Source: Cyanophora paradoxa CCMP329
Taxonomy: Eukaryota > Plantae > Glaucophyta
Assembly: GCA_004431415.1 (NCBI GenBank)
Contig: QPMI01000658.1
Coordinates: 1 to 64,000 of the forward strand
Length of the DNA stretch: 64,000 nucleotides
Direction of reading: 5' to 3'
Position numbers and translations under genes: made by a program. The notes beneath the pieces were generated by a model, which was given only the letters and a program-made list of their open reading frames with translations, made no database searches and had not been told where the DNA came from. Numbering within the stretch: the first letter of the stretch is position 1; every line of letters begins with the position of its first letter. Shown here piece by piece: positions 1 to 10,683 of the stretch.

Positions 1-105
1 CGAAAGATCCCTTAGAAAGATCTTAGGAAAGATCTTAGACGATTCTCCAGCGCGCCCCTTGGATTCTCCGTTGGATTCTCCGCCCGGGCCCTGACGCCTC
101 GGCAG

Positions 106-3100
106 GTCGTGAGGCAGCTTCAGGCGCTGGCGGCGGAGGGGCGCCTCGCCCGGCCCCCGTCCCACGCCGCTGCCGCCGGCGCCGGCGCCGCCGGCCGCGC
201 CCAGTCCCACCCGCACGCGCATGTCCACTCGGGTGAGGCTTCTAAGCTTAGACCTCAGTCTCGCCTAGCCGATGCGCTCCGCAGGCTTGGGCCACGGCCA
301 CGCGTACGGCCGGTGGGCGGCGGCGGCGGCGGGCCGGGAGGGCGGGAAGAAGGCGGGGGGGGAGGAGGCGGAGGAGATCGCGCGGGGACTGGAGGGCCTC
401 GTGGCGCCCCTTCGGCAGCGGCGCGGCCGCCGCTTCTCCCTCTTCGGGCGGAGCGGACTCCCGCCCGACGCGCCCCGCGCCGGCGCTACGCCCTCGCCCT
501 CCCCTCCTCCTCCTCCAGAGGCTGAGGAGGCGGCGGGGCAGAGCCCGCCGCCGCTCACGAGCGCGCCGGTGCCGGTGCTGGCGCCGGGCTCCGCTCCGCC
601 CCTGGGAGGCATGGGCCCCCGCCGCGGCTCCCTTGCCAGGTACCCGCCCCTAGGCCTTGCCTCCGCCCGCCCCGTGCCCACACGCCTGAACGGCCCGCCC
701 CGCCCCGCCCGGCAGCATCGCGAGCTCGGACGCAGAGGCAGAATTCCCCCCCCTCCTGCACCCCTTCCCCGCCGCCCCCTCTACCCCCGCCGCCGGGCGA
801 CCGTTCTCCTCCGGGCCGACCCACGCGGCTCACCTGAGGGTGGGGGTACACGCCCCGAATACCGTTTTCAAGCGTACCCCGCACGTGCGCTGTACCCGTT
901 GCCGCCCGTCCGTCCGCCCCGCGCCCCGCGGTCGCTGAGGGCCGCTGCCGCTGCCGCTGCCGCAGGGGAGGCGTCGCGGGCCGCACCCGCGTACCCCGGC
1001 CGGCGGCTTTGAAGGGTACGAGCGCTCTCGCCCGCCTCGCCCGCCCCGCCTGCACGCCCGCCGACCGCCGCGCGCGCAGGGAGCCCCAGTTGCGGCCCGC
1101 GACGCCCGAATCGCCGGCCCTCGAGGGCAGCCCCTCGCCCGGGCCCGGGCCCGGGTCGGACCGCGAAGGCGCCATTGCAAGCCGCCCCTCTCGCTCCCCG
1201 GCGCCGGCCCCGCGGCCCGCGGCCGCCGCAGCCGCCGCTCCCCACGCGTCCTACGGCACTGCTATGCCCGCGCCCCGCTCCGCCCCGCATCGCCCTTCTC
1301 CCCTCGGCCCGTCGCCCTCCCGGCGCCCCCCTCCGAGGGGCGCGCCTCCGGATCGACCGCCCGTACCCCCGCCACGCCCCGCCCCTCCCCGGCACCGACG
1401 CCGCGGCGGCAGCATCCGCCGCCGGTTCCGCCGCCGCGCCGCCCCGTCCCGGCCCACGCGCTCGCGGCCCGCCCCGAGGACGAGAAAGAGGCGGCGCGGC
1501 GGCGGGCGGTGTGGCACGCGGCGGGGACCGCCGCGGTCGGCGCCGCCCTCGTCCTCCTCTTCAGGTCCGCGTTCTAAAGAAGGAAGCTTAAGCATCCAAG
1601 CATGTTTGTTATAAGCTTAAGCTTAAGGAAGCGTAAGCGTCAGCGCGCGTTCCGCGCTCTAAAGAAGGGAGCTTAAGCATCCAAGCATCTTAAGCTTAAG
1701 CTTAAGAAGAAGGAACCGACCAGGCCGCGGTCCGTGTCAGCGCGCGCCACGCGCCTTCCGGGACGGCTAGAGGGGACCGGTACCGTACCCCGCCCGCCTC
1801 CGATCACGACTCCACTGCGTGGCTAGTGCTCTCCGCTGCCTAAAATTACGCATCTCTCGCCTGAAATCTCTCCCTCGCCCCCCCCCCCCCCCCCCCCCCC
1901 CTCTCTCTCTCTCTCCTCCTCCTCAGCGACCCGCTGGTCGACGAAGCAAGCTTATTAATTATAAGCTTTAGCTTAAGCATCCAAGCATCTATCTTAAGCT
2001 TAAGCTTAAGCCCTCGTCCTCCTCTTCAGGTCCGCGTTCTTAAGCATCCAAGCATCTTAAGCTTAAGCTTAAAGCTTAAGGAAGCTTAAGAAGGAACCGA
2101 CCAGGCCATGGTCCGTGTCAGGGCGCGCTCCGAGCGCTCCGCGCCCTCCGGGACGGCTAGAGGGGACGCCGCCCGCCCGCCTCCGACTCCACTGCGTGGC
2201 TACCTCCCTCCGCCGCCTTCCTCGCCTAAAACCTCGCCCTCACCCCCCTCCTCCCCAGCGACCCGCTGGTGGACGTGATGGCGGCGGGGAGCGCGGCGGC
2301 GGGCGTCGGGCCCTTCGCCGCGGCCTTCGTCGCCGTGCCGCTCCTCACAGCCGCCCCGGAGTACACATTCGCCTACCAGGTCCGTTAGCGGAATGAAGTC
2401 TTTAATTTAGCTCAAGCTTAAGCTCTAGCTTAAGCTTGCTTAGCTTTTTTAACTTGATTCGACTTGAGCTAAAGCTAAGCTGAGTACACCTTCGCCTACG
2501 TAGCTTACGCTTGAGCTCGCTTGAATCTTTCGCGCAAGGTTACTTAGCTTGACTTGGAACTCTAGCTCAAGTTGACCACCTCAGATCTAATGAATGTTTT
2601 CCTCGCCTAGACAGATAGATCTTGTCTGACTCTCTCTCTCTCTCCCACTCGCCCCCCCTCAGGTGGCGCGCTCGGGGCGGCCGGCGAGCGCGTCGCTCGC
2701 CGTCGCGGCCCTCGTTGCCTCCGCCGTCGGCGCGCCCCCCGCCCCGCCCCGCCTCCCGCCCCGCTCCCTTGCCCGCGAAGGCTTCAGACCCCGCCTGCGC
2801 TTATAAATAAAGCTTTCCCCACCCCGCCCCGCCTCTAGATCTGCCCGGCGGCTTGGCTCGCGAGCCTGGCCTCGCGAGCCCTGGCCCCGCCATGCCCCGC
2901 CCGCGCCCCCGCCCCCTCCCCGCCCTTCCCTTACGCTTTCCTCGCCCCGCCCCCGCCCTGTCCCGTCCCCGCCCCGCCTCTCGTGGACCCCCCCCCCCCC
3001 TCCTCCTCCCCCCGGCCCCCCCGGCCCCTCCCGGCCCGGCCCGGCCCCCGCCAAGGAAGGCTCCTGACCCGCCTAGCGAAGGCTTCGCGAAAGCCAAATG

Positions 3101-4246
3101 CCACTCCGGCCTCCAGCACGCCCCGCCCCGCCCCGCCCCCTCCTCCTCCCCATCCTCCCCGCGGCGCCTGAAGCTCTCCTCGCCCGCAAAGCCCCCTCCC
3201 CCCCCTCTCCCCCCCCCTCCCCCCCCACCCCTCACGCCGGGGCGCCCCGCCCCCGGCCCCCTCCCCCGCCGTTCCCTTACGCTTTCCTCGCCCCGCCCCG
3301 CCCCGCGCGCCTCCTACCCGCCCCGCAACTACCCTCCCATACGCATCCCCCCCCCCCCCCTCCACCCCCGCGGCGCCTTAAGTTCTCCTCGCACGCGAAT
3401 CCTCCCACCCCCTCCCCCCTCTCCACCCCCTCACCCTCCTCCTCCGCGCGCCCCTCACGCCGGCGCGGCAGTGCACAACACGCTGCTGCTGGGGACGACC
3501 CTCGCCGTAGCCGCCGCCCGCTCCCTCCCTTGGGACTTCTCCCCGGAGGCAAGTACACATACCCCCCCCTCCAACCCCCCCCATCTTCTCCCCTCCTGCC
3601 CCCCAACATAGGCCCTCAGCTTCTACCCCTCGACCTCGGCATGGAAGGCCGCTAGCGCTGCTGCAATCTTGGCTCCGGCTCCGGCCCTGCCGTTCTAACC
3701 CCAAGCCTAAGCCTCGAGTCTCGAGCCTCGAGCTTGCCGTTTTCGAAGTTCTTCGTTTTGAAATTCCAATAACCGGGTCCCGGCCGGGGCAGGTTGCGGT
3801 GCTGCTGGCGGCGCAGGCGGCGTTCGTCCTCCTCGCCCGCCGCCGCTCCCTCTCCCCGCCCCGGTGCCCTCCCCACCCCACCCCACCCACCCCACCCCCC
3901 CCCACCCCCCCCCTCCCCCCCACCCCACCCCACCCCACCCCCCACCCTCCAACCCCACCCCCCACCCCCACCCCAACCCCGCCCCCCTTCATCTAAGAAT
4001 AAGGAAGGGCCAAGCGTCTAAGGAAGTAAGCATCGATTTCGAATGATATAATGGTATTAGGATCCTTTCCCACCCCCCGGGGGCCCTCCCCTCCCGTTCG
4101 ATCCCTCTTGGATCCCTTTGGTCGCTGACTTCGCCGGTGCACTTTGGGCCGTGGCGCGCAGGGCGCTGGCGTGCGGGGCGCTGCTGCCGGCCTCGCTGCT
4201 GCTCGCCGCCGCCCTCCGCGCCGCCGGCTGGGGCTCTCCCTACTAG
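106..4246 (+). CDS. 3' part of a spliced NCL/EF-CAX-like Ca2+/cation (Na+/Ca2+) exchanger gene; 5' end lies outside the window
   Basis: Manual splicing of exons ..-1564, 2259-2379, 2663-2729, 3472-3548, 3793-3863 and 4162-4246 gives VWHAAGTAAVGAALVLLFSDPLVDVMAAGSAAAGVGPFAAAFVAVPLLTAAPEYTFAYQVARSGRPASASLAVAALVASAVVHNTLLLGTTLAVAAARSLPWDFSPEVAVLLAAQ...LLPASLLLAAALRAAGWGSPY*. This follows the C-terminal pattern I recall for plant NCL proteins (DPLVD..PLATNSSE..ASL..NN..W.FS.E..YP.SL..GW). Splice phases are consistent. Upstream exons (106-232, 285-639 and parts of 716-1564) are low-complexity and less certain. Confidence 0.75.
3871..3985. repeat. Degenerate (CCCCA)n / poly-C tract in an intron, with G-quadruplex potential on the minus strand
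   Basis: Run of ccccacccca-type units, absent from the paralogous intron at about 7763-8140. Confidence 0.7.
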
Positions 4247-4621
4247 CTAGAGCTCCCCCCCCCAACCCCCCCTCCCCTCCCCTCTCTCCCCTTCCCCTGG
4301 GGCTCACCCCTGCTAGCGTTTCCCGAGCCCTGTACATACGACGAGAGCGACCCGAGGTTTTCCTTCCATCCTGCGTTCGAGTATTTATTGCCAGCGCTAC
4401 GAGCTTTCTGTTGAGCATGACGCCCGTCCGTCGACGTCATGCATTTTCTTCAGGCAATAGCGACCGATCGAAATTGATATCCGGAGCTCATACACGCCTG
4501 CCAGGCTGCGCATGATATAGCTACTACCGTAAACGTAGTTCTTATACCAGGATACTAGCTGCATCATGCCTGCAGCTGCATGTGCCATCGTCCGACGTCG
4601 ACGGTCGATGTTTCGGTGCAG

Positions 4622-5743
4622 TTACATCGCGAGGTCAGCGCCGAAGGCGTCGAGGCCATCCGCCTGCGCCATCTCATGGTCAGCGCCCTTAAACTTCCGG
4701 ATGCGGAATTTGAAACCCAGGCCTAAAGCTAGCGACGGCCGCGGGTCGCGGCCGCGGGCGTCCGGTCGCGAATTTCGAGGGGCGGCGCGCACGTGGCTGG
4801 CGTCGGCGGCGAGGTCGGCCTCCAGGGCGTCCAGCTCCGCCTCGCACTCGAGCTCGGCCTGAATGTGCGCCGAGGGGCGCGCGCGCGCGCACCGTCACGC
4901 GTACGTGCGAACGCGATCGCGAGCTCGGGCGGCCATTTATGTATTAATATTTATGTACTTAAACTAGCTTATGTGTACGTATATATGCCATTTCATGCGA
5001 TGGCTATATATAGACTGATTCGTTTTTCGTTTTCCATATGCATGCAAATGAAGATTTTGGTGCGCGCGCACCTCAAACTCGCCGGCGGCATCGAGCTCCT
5101 CGACGGCCTGTGTCTCTTCATCGAGCGAAGGATATCTGGCGCGCGCGATCGCAATCACGGCCATCAGCTAAACTCAAGCCTTGAAGGTTGACTGCACATA
5201 TATACACGTGCAACGCGCGCGGCCGCACCCGTAGTTGTACTTGCAGTACTCGCTGTCGATGTTGAAAGCTTGGGTTTCTCCATCGATCGCGGCAAGATCA
5301 AGCCGCTTGTAGGAGCACGCCTGAGTAGGGCAGCCTCTGAGCTCGATTGGATCGCGAGGCCACGCGTGTCGCAGGTCAGAAGTCGGTGAAAAGTTCAGTC
5401 ATTAAAATACTGCACTCACCCCAAGTTGTATCTTCCGAGGGGTCCGCCCTGCGCACACGCGCAGAAAACATGTACATCAACAAGAGCTCATGACCCATGA
5501 TCATCGTTATAAGCAACACTCGCGCAGACATGATTCCGCGCGGCTTATGTATCATGATCATCTCGAATGATCAAGACAATCGTGCTAATGTGCATTATCT
5601 AGGCAAACACCGCGCACCTGTCCACCATACTGCTCAAAACACTCGACCTGCGGGGTGTCGTGACCGTACATAGGTCCGATGGGATTGCCGTCCGGGCCGA
5701 TCGGGACAATCGGGAGACCGTTTTCGTCGTAGAGGAAAGACAT
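4622..5743 (-). CDS. Six-exon gene for a ~152-aa acidic protein of unknown function (not in the ORF track)
   Basis: Exons 5743-5618, 5448-5420, 5336-5229, 5135-5072, 4858-4793 and 4687-4622 have GT..AG introns with consistent phases. Translation: MSFLYDENGLPIVPIGPDGNPIGPMYGHDTPQVECFEQYGGQGGPLGRYNLGGCPTQACSYKRLDLAAIDGETQAFNIDSEYCKYNYGYPSLDEETQAVEELDAAGEFEAELECEAELDALEADLAADASHGADHEMAQADGLDAFGADLAM*. Confidence 0.6.
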
Positions 5744-6114
5744 CTTATCGATTCGACGTGCACAAATGTGGGCCTCTGAATATCGGGATTAGAAGCATAA
5801 GCGAGAGGGCGCCTCGAGCTCGATGCGTGCGCGGATATTTGCATACCGGAGGGCGTCTGGCGGCAAGGATAGCTAAGCCTGCAGCTGCAACTGGAATCCG
5901 AAAAGCTGACGACGTGTCGACTTTGCCGGGGTCTCCTCTTAGACTACAAGCCTACCACCGCCCTCCGATCGCGAGCCGGCTCCGACTCAAGACTCCGAGG
6001 ATCCATGCGCGAGCCCAGCGACTCTGGCAAAAAATTATTATATTTTTAACTTAGTCAAGTCGAGCTACCTTGTACCGGTACCGGTAGACAAAACCGGTTC
6101 AGACCAGGCCCCGG

Positions 6115-6161
6115 CCCGTCTAAGACCCGTCTAAGACCCGTCTAAGACCCGTCTAAGACCC
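6115..6161. repeat. 11-bp tandem repeat (CCCGTCTAAGA) x4
   Basis: Directly visible. Confidence 0.85.
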
Positions 6162-6334
6162 CGCGGCGCCCCGGACCTTAACTTAGTAACTAACTTCCGA
6201 CGGTCTAACTTCACCGTCACGTCGCGCCGTCAGTGGCCCGTCACGGCGTGCCGCTCGGACGGCCCGCGCGCTCCTCATGATCACCGTCAAGTACACCTCG
6301 CGGTGTACTGTACTCGAGTACACCTTCACCTATA

Positions 6335-6564
6335 CCGTGTAATACTTAATTACCGCGCTGACATAACTACTGCGCTACCATATTACTGCGCTCGAAAATT
6401 TTAGAACGCAGTAATTTGGTAGCGCAGTATTACCCCCTTTGCCAACAAATAATGCATTTTCGAGGCCGATGGAACGCAGTAATTTGGTAGCGCAGTAAAG
6501 CGCCTACCGTCGCAGAAAATTTGGAACGCAGTAATTTGTGGCGCAGTAAATAAGTATTACACGG
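6335..6564. mobile_element. 230-bp MITE with TA target-site duplication (Tc1/mariner/pogo-type)
   Basis: TA|CCGTGTAATACTTAATTACCGCGC ... GCGCAGTAAATAAGTATTACACGG|TA (22/24-nt TIR); internal repeats of GAACGCAGTAATTTG. Confidence 0.85.
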
Positions 6565-6877
6565 TAGCTGCGAGGTCCGTCAAGGTATCAAATTTTAGCT
6601 TAAGCTTCATGATCCGATGATCGATATCATTGCTGCTTCAATTGCAAGCTGAAGCTGATCATCTTCGGTTAATGAGCTAAGCATAAGCTTAATAACTCAA
6701 TTCTACTTCAGCCTGACTTGAGCTGAAGCTCACTCGCTTAGGCTTAAAGCTTCAGTTCCTTCCTAGCCCAGGCGTATATACGTACTCGAGCTCGCCCTCA
6801 GCTCACTGAGTCACGCTTAAGCGTCCTCGCCGCGCCAGCAGATCTTTCTTGTCTGACGCTTTCTCTTTCTACCTCAG

Positions 6878-8228
6878 GTGGCGCGCTCGGGGCGGCCGGC
6901 GAGCGCGTCGCTCGCCGTCGCGGCCCTCGTCGCCTCCGCCGTCGGCGCGCCCCGCCCCGCCCCGCCTCCCGCCCCCTTCCCCGCGCCCCGCCTCCCTAGG
7001 CCTAGAGCTTTGGACGTGCGCCCCCGCCGCCGGGCCGGGTCCTCCACCCTTCCCTTACGCTTTCCTCGCCCCGCCCCGCCCCCGCGCGCCTCCCATCCGC
7101 CCCGCAACTACCCTCCCCATATGCATCCGGATCCCTCATCCCTCTTCCCCTCCCCATACGCATCGATATCCCCCCCACACCCCCCCCCCTACACCCCCAC
7201 CCCCGCGGCGCCTTAAGTTCTCCTCGCACGCGAGTCCCCCCCCCCTCCCCCCTCCCCCCCCCCCCCCCCTTCCCCTCCACCTCCGCGCGCGCCTCACGCC
7301 CGCGCGGCAGTGCACAACACGCTGCTGCTGGGGACGACGCTCGCCGTCGCCGCCGCCCGCTCCCTCCCCTGGGACTTCTCCCCGGAGGCCCTGAGGTGAT
7401 CATGAGGATAAATCAGGATCTAACTGTGCACATGTAAGGATCGAAGGATCTTATAATCTAATTAACATCTAGGTATAAACAACATTAACTAAGGATCTAA
7501 GCATGTAATGTAATGTAAGCTAGAGGCGCGACAGCCGCCCCGGCCCCCGCCCTCCGTCTCCGCTGCTGCTACTGCAGCTGCTCGCGATCGCCGCCGTTCC
7601 CGCTCTCGCCTTCTCTAGTGAGATAGGCCCTGGGCCTCGAGCTCCCCACGGGCTTCGCTTTTAATGTTCGGGCCCGGCCCGGCCGGGGCAGGTGGCGGCG
7701 CTGCTGGCGGCGCAGGCGGCGTTCGTCCTCCTCGCCCGCCGCCGCTCCCTCTCCCCGCCCCGGTACGGTGCGCCCCCTATCATCCAAACATCCAAGCATC
7801 TAAGCGTCTAAGGTTTCTAATCTTTGGATATAAGAATCTCTCTCCCCTCTGTCGCCCTCCCCTTCGATCCCTCTTAAGCTTGGATCCCTTGGATCGAAGC
7901 CTAAGCGTCTAAGCGTCGAAGCTTCTAAGGAGCTAAGGCCTGACTCTAGACTCTAGGAACGGATCGCTGACTCTGACGGTGCACGCGCCGCGGCGGGGCG
8001 GCATCTAAGCGCCGAAGCGTCTAAGGATCTCTCATCTGCATATATGGATCTAAGGATCTCTCCCCGCCCGGGGGCACTCCCGTTCGTTCACTCTTGGTCC
8101 CTTCGGTCGCCGACTCTGTCGGTGCACGCGGAGCGGCGCGCAGGGCGCTGGCGTGCGGGGCGCTGCTGCCGGCCTCGCTGCTCCTCGCCGCCGCCCTCCG
8201 CGCCGCCGGCTGGGGCTCCCCCTACTAG
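6878..8228 (+). pseudogene. Second copy of the last four exons of the NCL-like exchanger (partial duplicate or alternative 3' exon set)
   Basis: Exons at about 6878-6944, 7311-7387, 7692-7762 and 8144-8228 are near-identical to 2663-2729, 3472-3548, 3793-3863 and 4162-4246, with intact splice sites and stop codon. Only a MITE-disrupted remnant of the preceding exon exists (about 6316-6575). Confidence 0.7.
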
Positions 8229-8919
8229 CGAGAGCTAGGCTGTGCGGCTCCCATCTTTTGCGAATAACCTCCCCGCGAGCCCCTGATCATGAGTATACAT
8301 AGCGCCTCCCCCGCCCTCCCTCTCCCCCTCCCCCCCCCCCCCCCCCCTTTCCCCAGCTAGCTCACTCATCAGCTGGAGCTCATCGTTTCTCCCCCGCCGC
8401 CCCTCCCCCTCTCCCCCCGTCCCCCTGGGGCTTCCCCTGCTAGCGTCCCCCGAGCCCTGTACATACGAGAGCGATCCGAGGTTTGCATCTCAGTCATACG
8501 TACGGGCTAGCATACATACATACGTCAGTCAGGAGCTCATCGTTCGCTGGTTTTGGTCATGCTTCGAATATCTAAGTGTTATGAATACGCCGTGACGGTC
8601 CGCGAAATTGCGAGAATCTACGAGCAAGAGCTAGACTGCGGACTAGCTATATAGCGACCGTCGGACACGAGAGGGAGCGAGACTACCGTATATCTAGAGC
8701 GGCCGGCACTTCGGATTCGACCTCAAATATATATTCAATTGCAAGGCTTCATGATCAAATACTAATTGCCGGGGTTTGGAGCTAAAGCTCACACAAAGGC
8801 ACAGTGATGTATAATTAGAAACGCTTCGAAGTCCTATCATGCTTGTGTACTTGGAAGTCTTTTTAGAAAACAGAGACCGTCGGACTGGATAGCGGCCTTG
8901 TAGGCCGTCGAGTTGCGAC

Positions 8920-9024
8920 CTAGTAGGGAATAACGACAGCCTGCGCGAGTTCGAACGTCGACGTCGACCGTTAAATTCATGATCAGCTTAATGCAATTTG
9001 AATAATTCGGCACGCGCAAGCACA

Positions 9025-9065
<41 letters not shown>

Positions 9066-10683
9066 GGTTGCTGCATGTATGCGTTGGATACGGGTGCAGG
9101 TGCGTATCCGTAGGAGTTCTGCATCTGAGGCTGCATGCTGACGACGGGCGCCGCGGGCGGTCCGTACATGTTGCCCTGATCAGGCAGCGTTAGCATCAGT
9201 CGAAGTTGTAATTTGCGAAAAATCCAGTTTCAAGAACCTTGCTCGGGTCGCCGACTGCAATGCCGTAGAGGGGGGCAGGGCTAGCTCCCTGGGGCACCTG
9301 TGCGGAGAGGGAGTGGGAGTAGAGGATCACGAAGCCGCAGCAGATGGCTCCGAGGAGCAGCCCGAAGGAGGCGTTCAGGGGCGCCAGTGCCAGGTCCGCG
9401 TCTTCCACGTACTTCCGAGAGCCCCCGATGAAGGTCCCGAGGGTGATGATGAAGGAAGCCACGGTGCAGCACTGGAGGCCGATTGACCCCCTCCACGCGT
9501 TGACGACGGCCGGGTTCTGCGAGGCGGGCCCTCCTTGTATTCCCGCGGACTTGGCGATGATGAAGCCCTCGAGGGCAACGGCGATGCCCGCGAGCACGCA
9601 GCCGATGATGCCGAACGCCAGGGCGGCCGTGTAGGCGTTCTTCAAGTCGCATATTTTGTTGCTGAGCTCGGATCCGGAGGCGCCGGCGACAGCGGCCACC
9701 GTTTGCGCCAAGGAACACGCATCGCTGTAGGATAATGAAATCCCATACGATTCCATCTTTGTCAGCCCTGCGCATGCGCGTGCGTGTCAGCTGCAGAGTC
9801 CCAGAGTGTGAAGGCCAATTTCGGAATTGAAATTTGCTGATAGATGCACGCACCCCATTTGGCCTCACTATCATTGAGAAGCCAGTACGGTGTGGCGAGC
9901 GCGATGATGATGAGGACAACCTGCACAACGCCCACCGAGAGGCGCTGCTTGGCTTGCTGATTGAAGGCCGCGGCGCCCGCTTGCTGGTGCTGGTAGTGCA
10001 CCAGGCCCATGCCGACGGCCAGCACCAATACGATCGGGACAACGATAACGGCGGCGCTGATGCCCTTTTGTTTGTTCCCGTCGACGTCGCTGGTGTACGT
10101 CACGGTACCAGAGGGCCCGTACGAACTCGAGCTCGCGGATGCGACGGTCACCGAACGTTTCGCGAATTCAGTAGTATACGAATACCCGGAATAATAGGAT
10201 ATGGTAAAGTATGCGGAGCAGCTTCCCGCGCTGCGCTCGTGATCGTTTAATTTATAGTCAGTAATAATCATCGTATACGCGCGCGCTATATATGGCAGGA
10301 TGTAACACATAATCTATAAATTAAATATGTACTTGCCTGGTCCCGCAAAGCTGTCGGTACTCCGAGCTCGTAATTGTCAATCGCTCGGGTGAAGATATCG
10401 ACGTCGATCTCCGAGCAGCCACACAGACACTCCCGACAAGCTCGGACGCTGTTGTTACCCACCGGTTGCACACAGCAAGCGACGCGGCGACTTCGCCTGA
10501 AGCTTGAGTCCAGTAAACATAGCAGGGCGAGTCCTCTTTGCACGTCGAAGAGGAGGAAGACGTGATCGTGAGCCCGTGCACGACCGCGAGGCTCATTGCG
10601 AGCAGGAACGCCATGCGCAGGAGTGCACGTGGCGCCACGCGCACAACTTGCATCTGATCCTGGACATGGATGGAGCGCTTCAT
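8920..10683 (-). CDS. Spliced membrane protein: signal peptide, small ectodomain, TM, claudin/amastin/PMP22-like four-TM domain, Pro/Gln-rich tail with polyQ
   Basis: ORF pieces 10321-10683, 9762-10310, 9196-9756 and 8837-9196 are separated by short introns. Signal-like MAFLLAMSLAVVHG; TM SAAVIVVPIVLVLAVGMGLV; LIIIALATPYW...KWGAC...C.LKNAYTAALAFGIIG; last exon AVVIPY*. Confidence 0.65.
9026..9064 (-). repeat. (CAG)n coding microsatellite, polyQ of about 13 residues
   Basis: Direct CTG run on the + strand inside the 8920-10683 gene. Confidence 0.9.

Noticed and set aside
3871-3985. Telomeric repeat
   Set aside because: Irregular unit, intronic, and far from any visible chromosome end.
2330-8485. 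The two ~2-kb diverged direct repeats as LTRs of a second retroelement
   Set aside because: The conserved blocks are exactly exchanger exons with splice sites; there are no TG..CA ends, TSD or retro domains.
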